64,000 nt of DNA, from positions 48,050,001-48,114,000 of the forward strand of contig OX597820.1 of the NCBI GenBank assembly GCA_951406725.2, written 5' to 3'. This DNA comes from Octopus vulgaris (Eukaryota). The translations under genes were made by a program, and so were the position numbers. The notes under the pieces are model-generated. The model saw only the letters and a list, made by a program, of their open reading frames with translations, ran no database searches and had not been told where the DNA came from. Shown piece by piece: positions 27,071 through 39,738 of the stretch (position 1 is the stretch's first letter; each line of letters begins with the position of its first letter).

Positions 27071-28082
27071 GAGTTCTACGTCTAGTTGTGGTGTCCTGTA
27101 CTCACGTGTATATATATTTATATATGCATGTATATATACATATAGATGTAGGTACGTACATATATGTTTGTATGTATGCATATATTTTATTTATTACACT
27201 ATTGTTTGACAGCGCCCTCGCGTCGGGTTCGATTCGATTCGTTCGCTTCGTTCCGTTTCTTATTCTCTCAGTACTGTTTTATATATAATTATGACGCGAA
27301 ATTCTTTATCTCTTTACTTTACGTCCCCTCTCTCTCTCTCTCTTACTCTTCCTCATCTCTCTCTCAGCCGCTTGTCTTCCTCTATCTCTCTGTCTCTCAC
27401 TCCTCCTCATCTTTGCCACTGCTAGCCAAAACTACTTCCTTTTACACGCGGCCTTCTAACTATAAAGAGACACATTTGTGTTCTCATGCGCTGCCAGAAT
27501 CTCCTCCGTCTCAGCCAGAAAAAAGGCCGTTTCGTTTGTTTTCTTGTTTATTTTTATTTCTTGTATTGTATTTTCTTTTTATTTCTCGTTTTGTATTTTC
27601 TTGTACATGTATTTTTATCTTGTGTTTTATTTTGTAGTTTTATTTGTATCGTTTTTACGTCCTGTTTGTGTTACATTTTTTTCTTCCTTGTTTTTACCCC
27701 TCTGCGAGGCAATTTTATTTTAATTTTCTCGCAGGAAGGATTAGTTTGGAGAGTCGTGTCCTGTCTTGCCTTCGAAACACGCTGGGGCCGAACTAGTGAC
27801 AGCTGATGAAGGGGATTTTTCCTTGTGTAGTATGTCCTGTACTCTGTTTTTTCTGGTGTAAAAAAATGGTTTTTCCGTTTTCGTTTCTCGTTGAGTTCTA
27901 CATCTCTGTTTTTCTGTTGTAAAAAATTTGGTTTTTCCGTTTTCGTTTCTCGTTGAGTTCTACGTCTAGTTGTGGTGTCCTGTACTCACGTGTATATATA
28001 TTTATATATGCATGTATATATACATGTAGATGTAGGTACGTACATATATGTTTGTATGTATGCATATATTTTATTTATTACA
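27071..28082 (+). mobile_element. Penelope-type pseudo-LTR tandem unit (884-bp period, 128-bp terminal direct repeats)
   Basis: 27071-27198 equals 27955-28082 with one visible mismatch. T-rich non-coding interior, an internal ~62-bp duplication at 27843-27965, and it carries the permuted hammerhead. Confidence 0.75.
27731..27826 (+). ncRNA. Candidate non-circularly permuted hammerhead ribozyme
   Basis: Order is CGTG-TC (27755-60), CTGTC (27761-65), TTG, CCTTC (27769-73), GAAA (27774-77), CACG (27778-81), linker, GACAG (27798-802), CTGATGA (27803-09), A-GGGG. Stem III is CGTGT/ACACG, stem I is CTGTC/GACAG, stem II is GGGG/CTTC (two G-U pairs). Confidence 0.7.
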
Positions 28083-28799
28083 ATATATATATATATATTT
28101 ATATATATACACACACGCACACACATATACATGTATATCGTTTGAAGATTGATTTTTCCACAGACAAAAGAAACACAAACAACAAACGAACAGTAGTCAA
28201 TAACGTCTGTTATAATATTTCCTTATGCCAAGCTACATAGAAATGCTAGAAAAAATATTATGCAATAGAGTCATAAAACATCTTACGCATTAAAATTACA
28301 GAGACCACAGACAAAGCTCTTCATAAGAATTAAACGTACAAGTATAGAACAAATGAACACATCAAACGAATTATGAAACAACTCACTAACATTGAAAACG
28401 TAAAAAATAAACTACTTAAGTTTAGTACATATAATCCATAACGAATCACTTTGAGTTAATACAATCCACGGACTTCGATAATAGGAACATATTAATCTGC
28501 AGACGTAAAATGATTTGATGATATCGATAACGATGATGAAAGTATGTGTGTGTGCGTGTGTGTATGTATGTGTGTGAGTGTGTGTTTGTATGTATGTGTA
28601 TGTGCGTGTGTAAGGCATGGTGCTATAGAGAATAGAAGATCTGTTATTGAGTTTGGTTACGTCGTATAAAAGTGCATAGAATGAGGATTGAAATATTTTG
28701 TGATAGTCATTTGGTAATTAATTGAGGTACATATTCATACACTCTCATGCACCCCACCTCCATACACAAACACACGCACAGATTTCATAGGAGGTTACT

Positions 28800-29035
28800 T
28801 CTGAGAGTCTTCTAAGTTTCAGAAACGTCCATTCACTTTAGACTGGAGTCGCTGGTAATGTTTGATTTGAATTATTGAAGGGGTGAAGTGTTTGATAAAG
28901 ATATGCGTCGCGCTGGTTTTATGGTTTTGATGTGCAGTCCGTCATTTCTGTAAAGGCCTCCATTGACAGAGTAGCGAATAGTAAGTTTGTGAAGAAGAAA
29001 TAAACTAATGAAGGCATTAAATCTGCTCCCGCCCA
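28800..29035 (-). mobile_element. Penelope-like element RT fragment
   Basis: MGG...ISLFLLHKLTIRYSVNGGLYRNDGL matches the PLE RT pattern MG...LxxLxKL...GLYRDDGL (catalytic DD changed to ND). Confidence 0.65.
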
Positions 29036-30013
29036 TCACATACAAATGTACCAATGGAGGCACACACATCCATATCTACTGTATACACACTATTAACACC
29101 AAACACAAACAACATCCACTCAGATATTTCTACAAAAAAAGAAACAGATCCATAGCATCTATAAATACAAATATATGGCTACCTAAAGAACAGAGTTTTA
29201 ATTTTCATCAAGAGTAATTGATAATAAAATTATACATTCTATTTGTCATCATACACGAATTGTTCTCTGTATTTGTTTTACTATTCGGCCACCCTTTAGA
29301 GAATATTTTGCTTTCAAAGAGAGAACTCAATTACGTGTAGATTATAGTTGATTAAATCAACTCTAATATTGATATAACTGATTTGAAAAATGAATGAAAA
29401 GCAGCTCGAGGATTTGAACTGACAACTTAGAGAGACGTATCTTAATACTTCATGGTATATCTTCGTCAATTTAGCTTTCCTGTTAACCCACCACCTCTAC
29501 AATAGTGTTATTGATTTTTAGTAGCAGCGCTAAGCCACACCCATTGTGGGCTGGGCCAACGTTAATATATCGATTCCAGTAATTGGCTAGTATTTATTTT
29601 ATCGACCATGAAAGGATAAAAGACAAAAGTCTTCCCCAACGGGATTCCAACATACAGCATAGGTAGACGTAATTTAAATACCTTAAGGCATTTTCACCAA
29701 TACTCAATCGTTTTAACCAATTGTTGCGTTCGTATTAAATGGCGGTCCTATTGCTATTATCCTTTCACTCTCTCTCTACACTCAACTGGAAAATGCGTAG
29801 TTTACCTTAAAATCTAATTCCTCTACTTTGGAAAATATAACATTTCCCTAACTAATAAAACCAAAATTATTTCATTCATCACACACACACACACACACAC
29901 ATATATACACACACACACACTCACACACACACATACACACGTACACACGTACTCATAAATATATATGTCCATGTGTGTATGTATATATATATATATATAT
30001 CTGTGTGCGTGTG

Positions 30014-30053
<40 letters not shown>

Positions 30054-30240
30054 TAAAATATGTATATGTATATTAATAAATATGATTCAGATCAAAGATA
30101 ACTTATGCATTATATACACGCATATAGTAAATGAGTTATACACATATATACACGCACAGCATACGAGTGTATATACATGAATATTATTGAAATGACATAT
30201 GAAGCATGTTATAGATTATACTAAACGAAAAACACTCATA

Positions 30241-30310
<70 letters not shown>

Positions 30311-30763
30311 CATGCATGTATGTATATAATGCGCGTGTATAATATAAGCGTATATACATGAATATCATTCCGATCAAAGATGATATATATATATACCTAT
30401 ACACGCATACAAAAACATAAGGTATACGCACAAACACACTCACACATATAGAGGTAAATATACACACACATGTAATATAAGTACATTTATACTTAAATAT
30501 CATATAGATCAAAGAATCATGCTTACACTGAACTGAAATTACTCAAAACCTATGGGTGAGTGTATATACATAAAAATTGATGTAGATCAAAGACAGAAGT
30601 GCATAAGAGTATTGATATGACACAAATAAACCCTGTAAAGATTCTTTACAACACTAAAAGTAACGAGGGACAATTTACGTTGTCGCTCGTGCTCTAGGAA
30701 ATAACAGCCAAGTCTTCCTCAAATCGCTCCCAAAAGATTTGAAAAGGAAAGAACTCGGTGAGT

Positions 30764-30809
<46 letters not shown>

Positions 30810-31128
30810 ATATGCGAAAAAAAGTTGATAATGCTGCCACAGTTAGAACGTCTTTGATCATTGGGAATGCTAGATAAAGTCTAACTAGATGCTAAAAAGC
30901 ATCGACTTTTAATATTATTCACTGATACAACACATTGATACGTACATTCACACAGCCCCAAACACAAACACACACACACACACACACATCTCGGCTATGA
31001 GATATACACTCTACTATGTTGTAAGTAGTAGCCTGCGATGTTGCTTTTTCGAGAGTTGTTACATGCAAATTAACTTTGCAGGGAAACTAGTCATTACATT
31101 ACATAGATCAAAGTTATTAAGTGCATGC

Positions 31129-31129
<1 letters not shown>

Positions 31130-31161
<32 letters not shown>

Positions 31162-31640
31162 TGTATGTATGTATGTATGTATGTATGTATGTATGTATGT
31201 ACGTACGTATGTATGTATGTATGTATGTATGTATGTATGTATGTATGTATGTATGTACGTATGTATGTATGTATGTATGTATGTATGTATGTATGTATGT
31301 ATGTATGTATGGATGGATGGATGGATGGATGGGTGTATGTATGTATGTATGGATGGATGGATGGATGGATGGATGGATGGATGGATGGACGGATAGATGG
31401 AAAGTCCTACGTCTGCTGCTCATGTTTAAGATAACAGTCAAGTGATGGCATTGCGCATGTATGTACGTATGTATGTATGTATGTATGTATGCATGTATGT
31501 ATGTATGTATGTATGTATGTATGTATGTATGTACGTATGTATGTATGTATGTATGTATGTATGTATGTATGTATGTATGTATGTACGTACGTATGTATGT
31601 TTGTATGTATGTATGTATGTATGTATGTATGTATGTGCGT
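31130..31640 (+). repeat. (TATG)n/(GGAT)n compound tetranucleotide microsatellites (two blocks)
   Basis: Direct observation; source of the YVCM and DGWM ORFs. Confidence 0.97.
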
Positions 31641-31959
31641 ATGAAGTATGATGTGATGCAGCGATCATGAGTTCATATGAGGCTTCACTTCATGTCGATG
31701 TTATTATCTTCTTTAAGAGAGAGACTGCGTTTATGTTATGTTTGTCCCCCGTAGCGCTTAAACGTTCGATATTAATTTGTTTACGTCCCCATAACGTGGC
31801 GGTTCGGCAAAGGAACCAACAAAGTAGGTACGGTGCTTGAAAATAAGCAGTTAGGTTCATGATTGTTCGGCTAAACCTGTCAAGTGGTGCATCAATAAGG
31901 CTGCAGTTCAATGGCGGAGACAAGTAAAAGATAAAAAAGATAAAAGAATAGCAGCAACT

Positions 31960-32270
31960 AGGCGTAGGAGTGGCTGTGTGGTAAGTAGCTTGCTTACCAA
32001 CCACATGGTTCCGGGTTCAGTCCCACTGCGTGGCACCTTTGGCGAGTGTCTTCTACTATAGCCTCGGGCAGACCAAAACCTTGTTAGTAGATTTGGTAGA
32101 CGGAAACTGAAAGAAGCCCGTCGTATATATGTACTAGGCTTACAAAGGAGCCCGTCGTATATATGTACTAGGCTTACAAAGAATAAGTCCTGGGGTCGAT
32201 TTGCTCGACTAAAGGTGGTGCTCCAGCATGGCCACAGTCAAATGACTGAAACAAGTAAAAGACTAAAAGA
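31960..32270 (+). mobile_element. SINE family A, internally deleted, with a 34-bp tandem duplication
   Basis: Near-consensus head AGGCGTAGGAGTGGCTGTGTGGTAAGTAGC; AGCCCGTCGTATATATGTACTAGGCTTACAAAG occurs twice (32115, 32149). Confidence 0.85.
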
Positions 32271-32555
32271 CTAACCACAACAATATAAGTAATGATGAAA
32301 GAAGCGGCATAAACATTTATACAATTAACAATATCACAGCTACAGCAACAGTAACAGCAGCAGTAGCAGCAGTAGCAACAACAACAACAATAATAACAAA
32401 ACAACAAAGAAAACAGCAGCAGTAGCAGCAGCTACAACAACAGCAACAACGACAACGAAAACAACGCCAATAATATTAACGACAAAAGAATGAATTTAAT
32501 TGCAGAAATTCTTAAGCGATAAAAAAAATGGAATTGTTTATTGCTGTGTATGTAT

Positions 32556-34004
32556 GAGGGTGATGCACAAAAGGGGGCAAAAAAAAGTTTTTTTCAATTT
32601 TCAGGGAGACACCCTCCTATTTAATCATATTCCTAAGAAAGCATTGTATGCGAAATTTGGGGTTGAAAAGGAGAAAATTAGATGTTGCTACCAAGCTATA
32701 AAAAGTAATGTATATCAGTTCGTGCTCAAAAATATCGTTTTGTTGATATCTTCGCCTGAACCGGTTTGATACGTACCTAGTTAACCTAGTTTGAAAAATG
32801 TCAATGACATTCTAGGCTATTGTACTAGGCTAATTCTAGGCTAATACACAGCGTATAGCGCATTAGCATTTTATTATGTGGAAGGTTCCCTAGTAGGTAT
32901 ATCATAACCACGTATGTAAGTTTATTTATTTATTTTTTTTGTGTGTGAAGCAAAGAGTAAATTTTGAAGAAGGTATTGTTTCTGCTCTTCATCATTTCAT
33001 ATCAGTTTGTTGTATTCCTCCATCAGTCGTACACCTCTTTCCACAATGTCGTTTATCACTCTGAGTCCATATGCGATATCTCTTGCATTCGCATAACTTC
33101 CATCATCATTCCATTCTTCAGCATCTTTTTCAAGAAAAGTGCAAGGCACATCTAGGATTTCAACGAATCTTTTTGTGTTGGCATTTGTTTCTGCCCAGCT
33201 GATTCAGGATTTATTGATGTTCGTTTGATCGGTTTTGAGTCAACTGGTTTCTGCATAGCATGCTTCATTTTGCTCTTTGTCTAATGTGAAACAGCTGAAT
33301 CAAAAAATGCGAGCACCACAAGTTCCTCAATGAGGTACCACAACTGTCTCAAAAATTTATTGAGTGCAGCACTTGCAATTTTGTTATCCTTTTGCTTGTA
33401 GAGCAGCAGACTTTGCACAAATGCAAATCTGAACATGTGGGTATGGATGCCAGGGACCATGATCTGATATATATCACAGCTGAGATTTAAACATCCAAAA
33501 TTTAATGCAGTAAATTAGCTTGGCCATCCATCGTGCTCTGTGACAAGCTCCGGGTGCTTTAAAACTGATTCCTGACTTGGGAGTACTACCGAGGAAATTG
33601 AGCATTAGCTCGAGCAATTCCTTCTAATCATCACGAGGCTGCTGCCCATCAAACTGAAATTGAGCAAATTGAATGGTTTCTTCAGCATCTGAGATTTTCT
33701 CCGCAATGTTAGGGTCATTTGTGGCTGTTTTGGTCATTGTTCTTGTCAATTTCCACTCACTTTGCTTTGAATCTCTTAAACAGTTGTATGTCAGGGCCAG
33801 TAGAAGATGGCAAGGAGACAGAAAATGTACAATAAATACAAACTGAAAAATAACAATATGCAAAATGTTAAGTGGATGGTGGCAACCTCTAAAATGACTT
33901 CAATTGTGCTGAAGTTCTGCGTGTTGAGTTTTTGCAGTAAATGAAATTAAAATTAGAGGGTGCCTTCGAGTTTTTGAAATGATAAGTTATTTTGCATCGC
34001 CCTA
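32556..34004 (-). mobile_element. hAT-superfamily (hATm-like) DNA transposon, internally deleted, with TIRs and 8-bp TSD
   Basis: Termini GAGGGTGATGCA... and ...TGCATCGCCCTA; identical flanking GTATGTAT at 32548-32555 and 34005-34012. Minus-strand transposase remnants: QQPRDD*KELLEL, FKAPGACHRARWMAKLIY, LWYLIEELVVLAFFD, LRVINDIVERGVRLMEEYN. Confidence 0.85.
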
Positions 34005-34203
34005 GTATGTATCTATATATGTAAATGAATAGGTATGTTTGCATTTGCGTGCGACTGGATATACCTAGATAGATATATACATACATACCTACATACACGA
34101 AGGCGCGCGCGAACTCACACACTCATATATTGCTTATCCCTCCATAGATTTAGCAGTATACTGTATCTGTTTCTGTATAGATAAGTATATACGTACATAC
34201 ATG

Positions 34204-34326
<123 letters not shown>

Positions 34327-34984
34327 GTGTGTGTGTATTATATGCATGCAAGCATTCATTATTGTACAATTGAATATTCATATGTATTAATGAGTATGTA
34401 TGTATATGTGTGTATGTATATTACACACATTTACGTACACCTGTATGTGTATGTATGTGTATGTGCGCGCTCGCTGGTGTGAGTGTCTGCGAGTTTATGT
34501 GTATATTCGTGAGTATTTGGAAATACGTATACGTAAACTTAGGCTGGATATCTGAAATAATATGAAACTTTGTAAGATCGTAGAAGGTTTTGTCAGTTAA
34601 TCCGAAACGATGACAGCTATAAGTACCTTAATATCGTCAGGAACTTATCAAGGACATTATTAATGAATTCCTACTGACCACTGACAGCAGACACATTTCT
34701 CAGAATTGGAAGTGCAGTCGGTGCTATGCCCTTAGAAGCAAAACAACAAACCTGATCTCCATATTTATTTATATTGCTCTGCAACTCTTTCAGCGTCTGT
34801 AGAATAATTCTCTGCCACTTCGTGGAAATAGTAATTAGCATCTCTTGCTGATATATTTCTTGTTTGAAAAGAATAAAACTATATATTTTGCGGCATTGCA
34901 GTAAAGAGATATGGTGAGTTGCTGTCGCCCATTCAAACGTTCTCTTATGAATTCCACAACTATAAGCGGTATCTTACAGGGAAC

Positions 34985-35054
<70 letters not shown>

Positions 35055-35082
35055 TATATACATATATATATATATATAAGGT

Positions 35083-35400
35083 AAAGACTCCTTTATGTCA
35101 TGAATGATATTGCGATTGCACTTAGAATATTCCCCTCCGAGGTACAAGTCCGGGCAAGGTTGTTTATAGAAGACCAACAGTCACCCATACATACAAGTCT
35201 GCCCTCTCAACGACACCGATGTTATCCAAGAGAAAGGCAAAGGCTGATATAGCTTGGCACTGGTGTCGTTCCAATTCATTCTTACAGCTGAGTGAACTGG
35301 AGTAACGTGAAATAACACAATACACAGCCTTGTCCGGAATTCGAACTCACAACCTTATGATTGTAAGCACGACACTCTCACCTTGAGCCATACGCCTTCA
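35083..35400 (-). mobile_element. tRNA-derived SINE (family C)
   Basis: Minus-strand head GAAGGCGTATGGCTCAAGGTGAGAGTGTCG...GTGAGTTCGAATTCCGG (A/B boxes). The CAGCTGAGTGRACTGGAG..ACGTGAAAT block recurs near 1560, 41276, 53440 and 61745. Confidence 0.75.
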
Positions 35401-36427
35401 CACACGCACGCGCGCCCAGATACGCACACACTCATATATTTTTTATACATATTGCTATTTAACCCTCCAACCAGCGAAGTATATATATGTGTATCGACAC
35501 TATATATTTACACATATTATCTCATGTGCGTGCGGGTATGCATATGCATACATACATATGTATATTTGGGTTGGATATGAATCAATGGATTCTTGTATAA
35601 ATCCTGTATTGAAACAGAAACTCATATTAACTGAAGGGCAAAAACTGCATAAGATACCTTACAGCAAATGCATTGACGGTTGCATGGTTTCTTCAATTTG
35701 CGACGAGATAAGGATGATTACATGGACAATATGTAAAAGAAAATGATTCTGTAATGTAAAAAAGCATACAGCAAAGTTCTAAATTGTTGAAAGAATTCTT
35801 TAAAAGAATCACGTGACGATATACATTCGACTATACACGCCAATATGAATCAATGTGAAGGATATCTTGCAGATGGTTACATAACTATACATAACATAAT
35901 ATGTTTGCTTAGATTTTTGTGTTTCAGTAAACTTAATGCAAAAATGTAGTCGCCAACGGAATAATAGAGCAAAAGATGAGCAGATTATAATTCTGACCTT
36001 TACTATGGATATATAGTATCTTAATGTCAGACATGCATTTTAGAAAAAAAAAATAAATAAAGAAGTTTTTAAACAATTAAATTATTTTGATACGCTTTCT
36101 TCCCTTATATGAAAATGCATTGATCAACTGCCTATGTAGTGGTACAACAATATGTCAAGCTCGATAATACTAATGATGAAAATCTTCCATAGTGCCCTTG
36201 TATTAATACTGATGTCAAGTTTTGGAGAAATGCTAGTAATTTCGACGCCGCTAAAATAACGTAGGAATTTTCAATCGTGAATAGGCGAGATTGTTAGAGT
36301 TTTAAAATACAAAAGTTCTGTGATATTTGTTTTGGAACTTAACTTTCACAAGCATCGTCTGTGACTGCTCTGGTCGTAAACGATTTTTGAAGCCCTGTTT
36401 TTTCCTTGGACAATATATGTATATATG

Positions 36428-36482
<55 letters not shown>

Positions 36483-36487
<5 letters not shown>

Positions 36488-36705
36488 ATCCAAACATGAA
36501 AACACAAAGAGAAAACAACAGCGCGAGAACGTGGAACAAATATAGTATTATTGGACGCTCAGGAAAGAAGAAAGAAGGAAAGAAGGAAAGAAGGAGGGTT
36601 TAACGTTTCAAGCGTAGCTCTTCGTCGGTAACATAGGAGAAGGAAAGATCCAGAGAATGGAAGACAGGAACAAAATCGCCAACGGTACACACGCGGTCAC
36701 ATTTC
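36483..36705 (-). mobile_element. Short Penelope-type pseudo-LTR with minimal hammerhead (36599-36634)
   Basis: Minus strand reads GTTA-CCGACGA-A-GAGC-TAC-GCTT-GAAA-CG-TTA-AAC (CTGA mutated to CCGA). Flanked by (TA)n. Confidence 0.6.
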
Positions 36706-36707
36706 GA

Positions 36708-36792
<85 letters not shown>

Positions 36793-36930
36793 CATATACA
36801 TATATATATATATATAATAATAGAAGGGTAAAATTTATTCATTAATTTAATTAATTAATTAATCAATTAATTAACAAATTTTACCAAGTAGATCGGTACG
36901 TTAAAATAACCTTTATAAGTAAAATTATCC

Positions 36931-37073
36931 ACATAATTATACTTAGGATTCACCTAACCGCTTCACCACATACCGAAATTAGAAAAAGAAGTTAGAAATT
37001 CCTTTTCTACTATTTTATTTAACTCCTTTTTCTAATTTCGCTGTGTGGTGAAGCAGTTAGCGAACCCTAATTA

Positions 37074-37080
<7 letters not shown>
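36931..37080. repeat. Inverted repeat (~60-bp arms)
   Basis: ATAATTATACTTAGGATTCACCTAACCGCTTCACCACATACCGAAATTAGAAAAAGAAGTTA is inverted relative to TAACTCCTTTTTCTAATTTCGCTGTGTGGTGAAGCAGTTAGCGAACCCTAATTATAATTAT. Confidence 0.8.
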
Positions 37081-37170
<90 letters not shown>

Positions 37171-37739
37171 AGGGAGTGAGAGTAAGTGAGAGAGAGACAG
37201 ATAGAGAGAAAGAGATAGACTATTCTGGGAATGTTTCACTTTGAGAATCATCTCCATTACACGACATTCTATTCACTGCAACTAATTTTTCTATTAATGA
37301 ATCTTATATATTTGTAATCGGGTTGACGTATTGTGTCAAATGGCATGCGATAAATATGGCGGATTTCACCATCTGCTAATTCATGTTAATGATCAATTTC
37401 GTGTGTAAATTTGTACATTTTGAAAACATTTGATGCGATTTAAAAACAGGACATTAAATCAAAAGAAAAATTAACTTTCTCTTCAACGACAGATAGAAGT
37501 TGTACGATGATGTGGTTAAAACAATACAACACTACCAATGTTTTGACGTAACCAATTTGTCGCACCTACCTCTTGAGATTAATATTAATTCAGTCGAGAT
37601 TTTTTATGAACGCTGAAATATTGCAGTATAAGGTAAAAGTTTTCAACTTCATATTTCTTTAATTTTACTCCTCCCTATCTTATTACTGAATTACTTTCCC
37701 CCATTCATACACATGGACATACAACGGCATACGTATCTT

Positions 37740-37808
<69 letters not shown>

Positions 37809-37983
37809 TTGGGTTTGCATATAAGCATGAATATATGTTATTAACAGTTGAAATATTGAAACTTTTATCAAAGCAACAGCAACAGCAACAACAATAATAC
37901 TAATGATAATAAAAATAATAATGATACTACTACTACTACTACTACTACTAATAATAATAATAATAATAATAATGATGATGATG

Positions 37984-38039
<56 letters not shown>

Positions 38040-38255
38040 AATAATGATTAAAAATGTTTATGAATAATTCTATTTATTCATTCCTAAACCCACATACATA
38101 ATGTATATGCACACACATACACATCCTCTCTCTTTCTTATGCAACATGCTATCAAGCCCATATACAATCATGCAGACAGAAGATTACAAATACATACGCA
38201 GCAAGCACACATTCACATTCATAAGCACGCACATACACACACACACACATATACA

Positions 38256-38330
<75 letters not shown>

Positions 38331-39254
38331 GCCCTCGTATGGCTGTTTCCTTCATCAAAGTGGGGGAGAACATTGAGAAGTCCTTACTAAAATCGTATAT
38401 TCCTATTAATTGAAATTATAACAGTGGATATGGCGCAACACGTTCTCGTTTCCGAAGTGAATACTGAATGTTTTAAAACAGACACAATATTTGATTTAGC
38501 AAGTACCAGTTAAGGGTTAACTGGATTGATCTTCATTTGCTTCCTGTTGCATTAATTTTGTATAAAGGAAAAGATGAAAGGAAAAGTGAGACTAACTGGA
38601 TACAAAATTTGAATAGTGATGTATGTAATTGCATACTGTTAACTCAAATACTTCAGACAGAGAACGCTCAACCTGCAATACTTAGAGGAAATAACCACCG
38701 TGAACAATAGGGAGTTGAACGAGCACAGAAATTCCTGTATATCCAGTATCCGAAATACGTTTGTTATGTCTGTGCATTACACAGCCTTCTAGTTCAACTG
38801 CCCCTAAAACGAGAAGCAATTATTTGCAAGCACTTTTTCCCACACCTCATTTATGAAACACGGTGGTTCTGTTAACCGTACACTCGTGATAAAGTGCCCA
38901 ACATTTCATGTCTATTTTGCTTACAATTTCCCCACTGTATATTTAAGGTAAATATCTTCTAAAAATGACGGTTTCCTCTTCATTAATCACATTACTGTTG
39001 ATTTACTTCTAGACACATAGACAATTTGAATACAGTAGCAGAGAAAAAACTCGGTTTGTTTTAGGCACAAACATCCCCAGTGAAATAGATATCCATGACG
39101 AGGGAAGGCTTCAACACCCGAGGTTGCACTACATACAATGCAAAAGTATGAGATGATGGAATGCATTTCTTCGTAGTCCTGTTTGATCAGGGCTAAACAA
39201 AAATAAAATTTGAAAAACATTTTGGAGATCGTGAAAATAAAGAAACAGCAGATT

Positions 39255-39278
39255 TTATCATCATCATCATTATTATCA

Positions 39279-39357
<79 letters not shown>

Positions 39358-39359
39358 CA

Positions 39360-39426
<67 letters not shown>

Positions 39427-39638
39427 CATCATTATTATTATTATTTGGGTGACGAATGTGCAGAACCGTTAATATGCCGCCGGACAAAATACTTAACCGT
39501 ATTTCGTCTGCTTTTACTTTCTGAGGTCAGCTTTGCTTTTCATCCTTTCGACTTCGATAAATTAAGTACCAGTTGGGTCGATGTAATCAACTAGTCCCCT
39601 CTTCCCATATTTCAGGCTTTGTGCCTTTAGTAGAAAGG

Positions 39639-39721
<83 letters not shown>

Positions 39722-39738
39722 CATTATTATTATTATTT
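39255..39738 (+). repeat. (TTA)n microsatellites flanking a SINE B remnant (39446-39637)
   Basis: Direct observation. Confidence 0.9.

Noticed and set aside
28130-28510. Possible very old LINE RT remnant (ISL...LEKI..NRVIKHL)
   Set aside because: A single weak motif across broken frames is not enough to assign.
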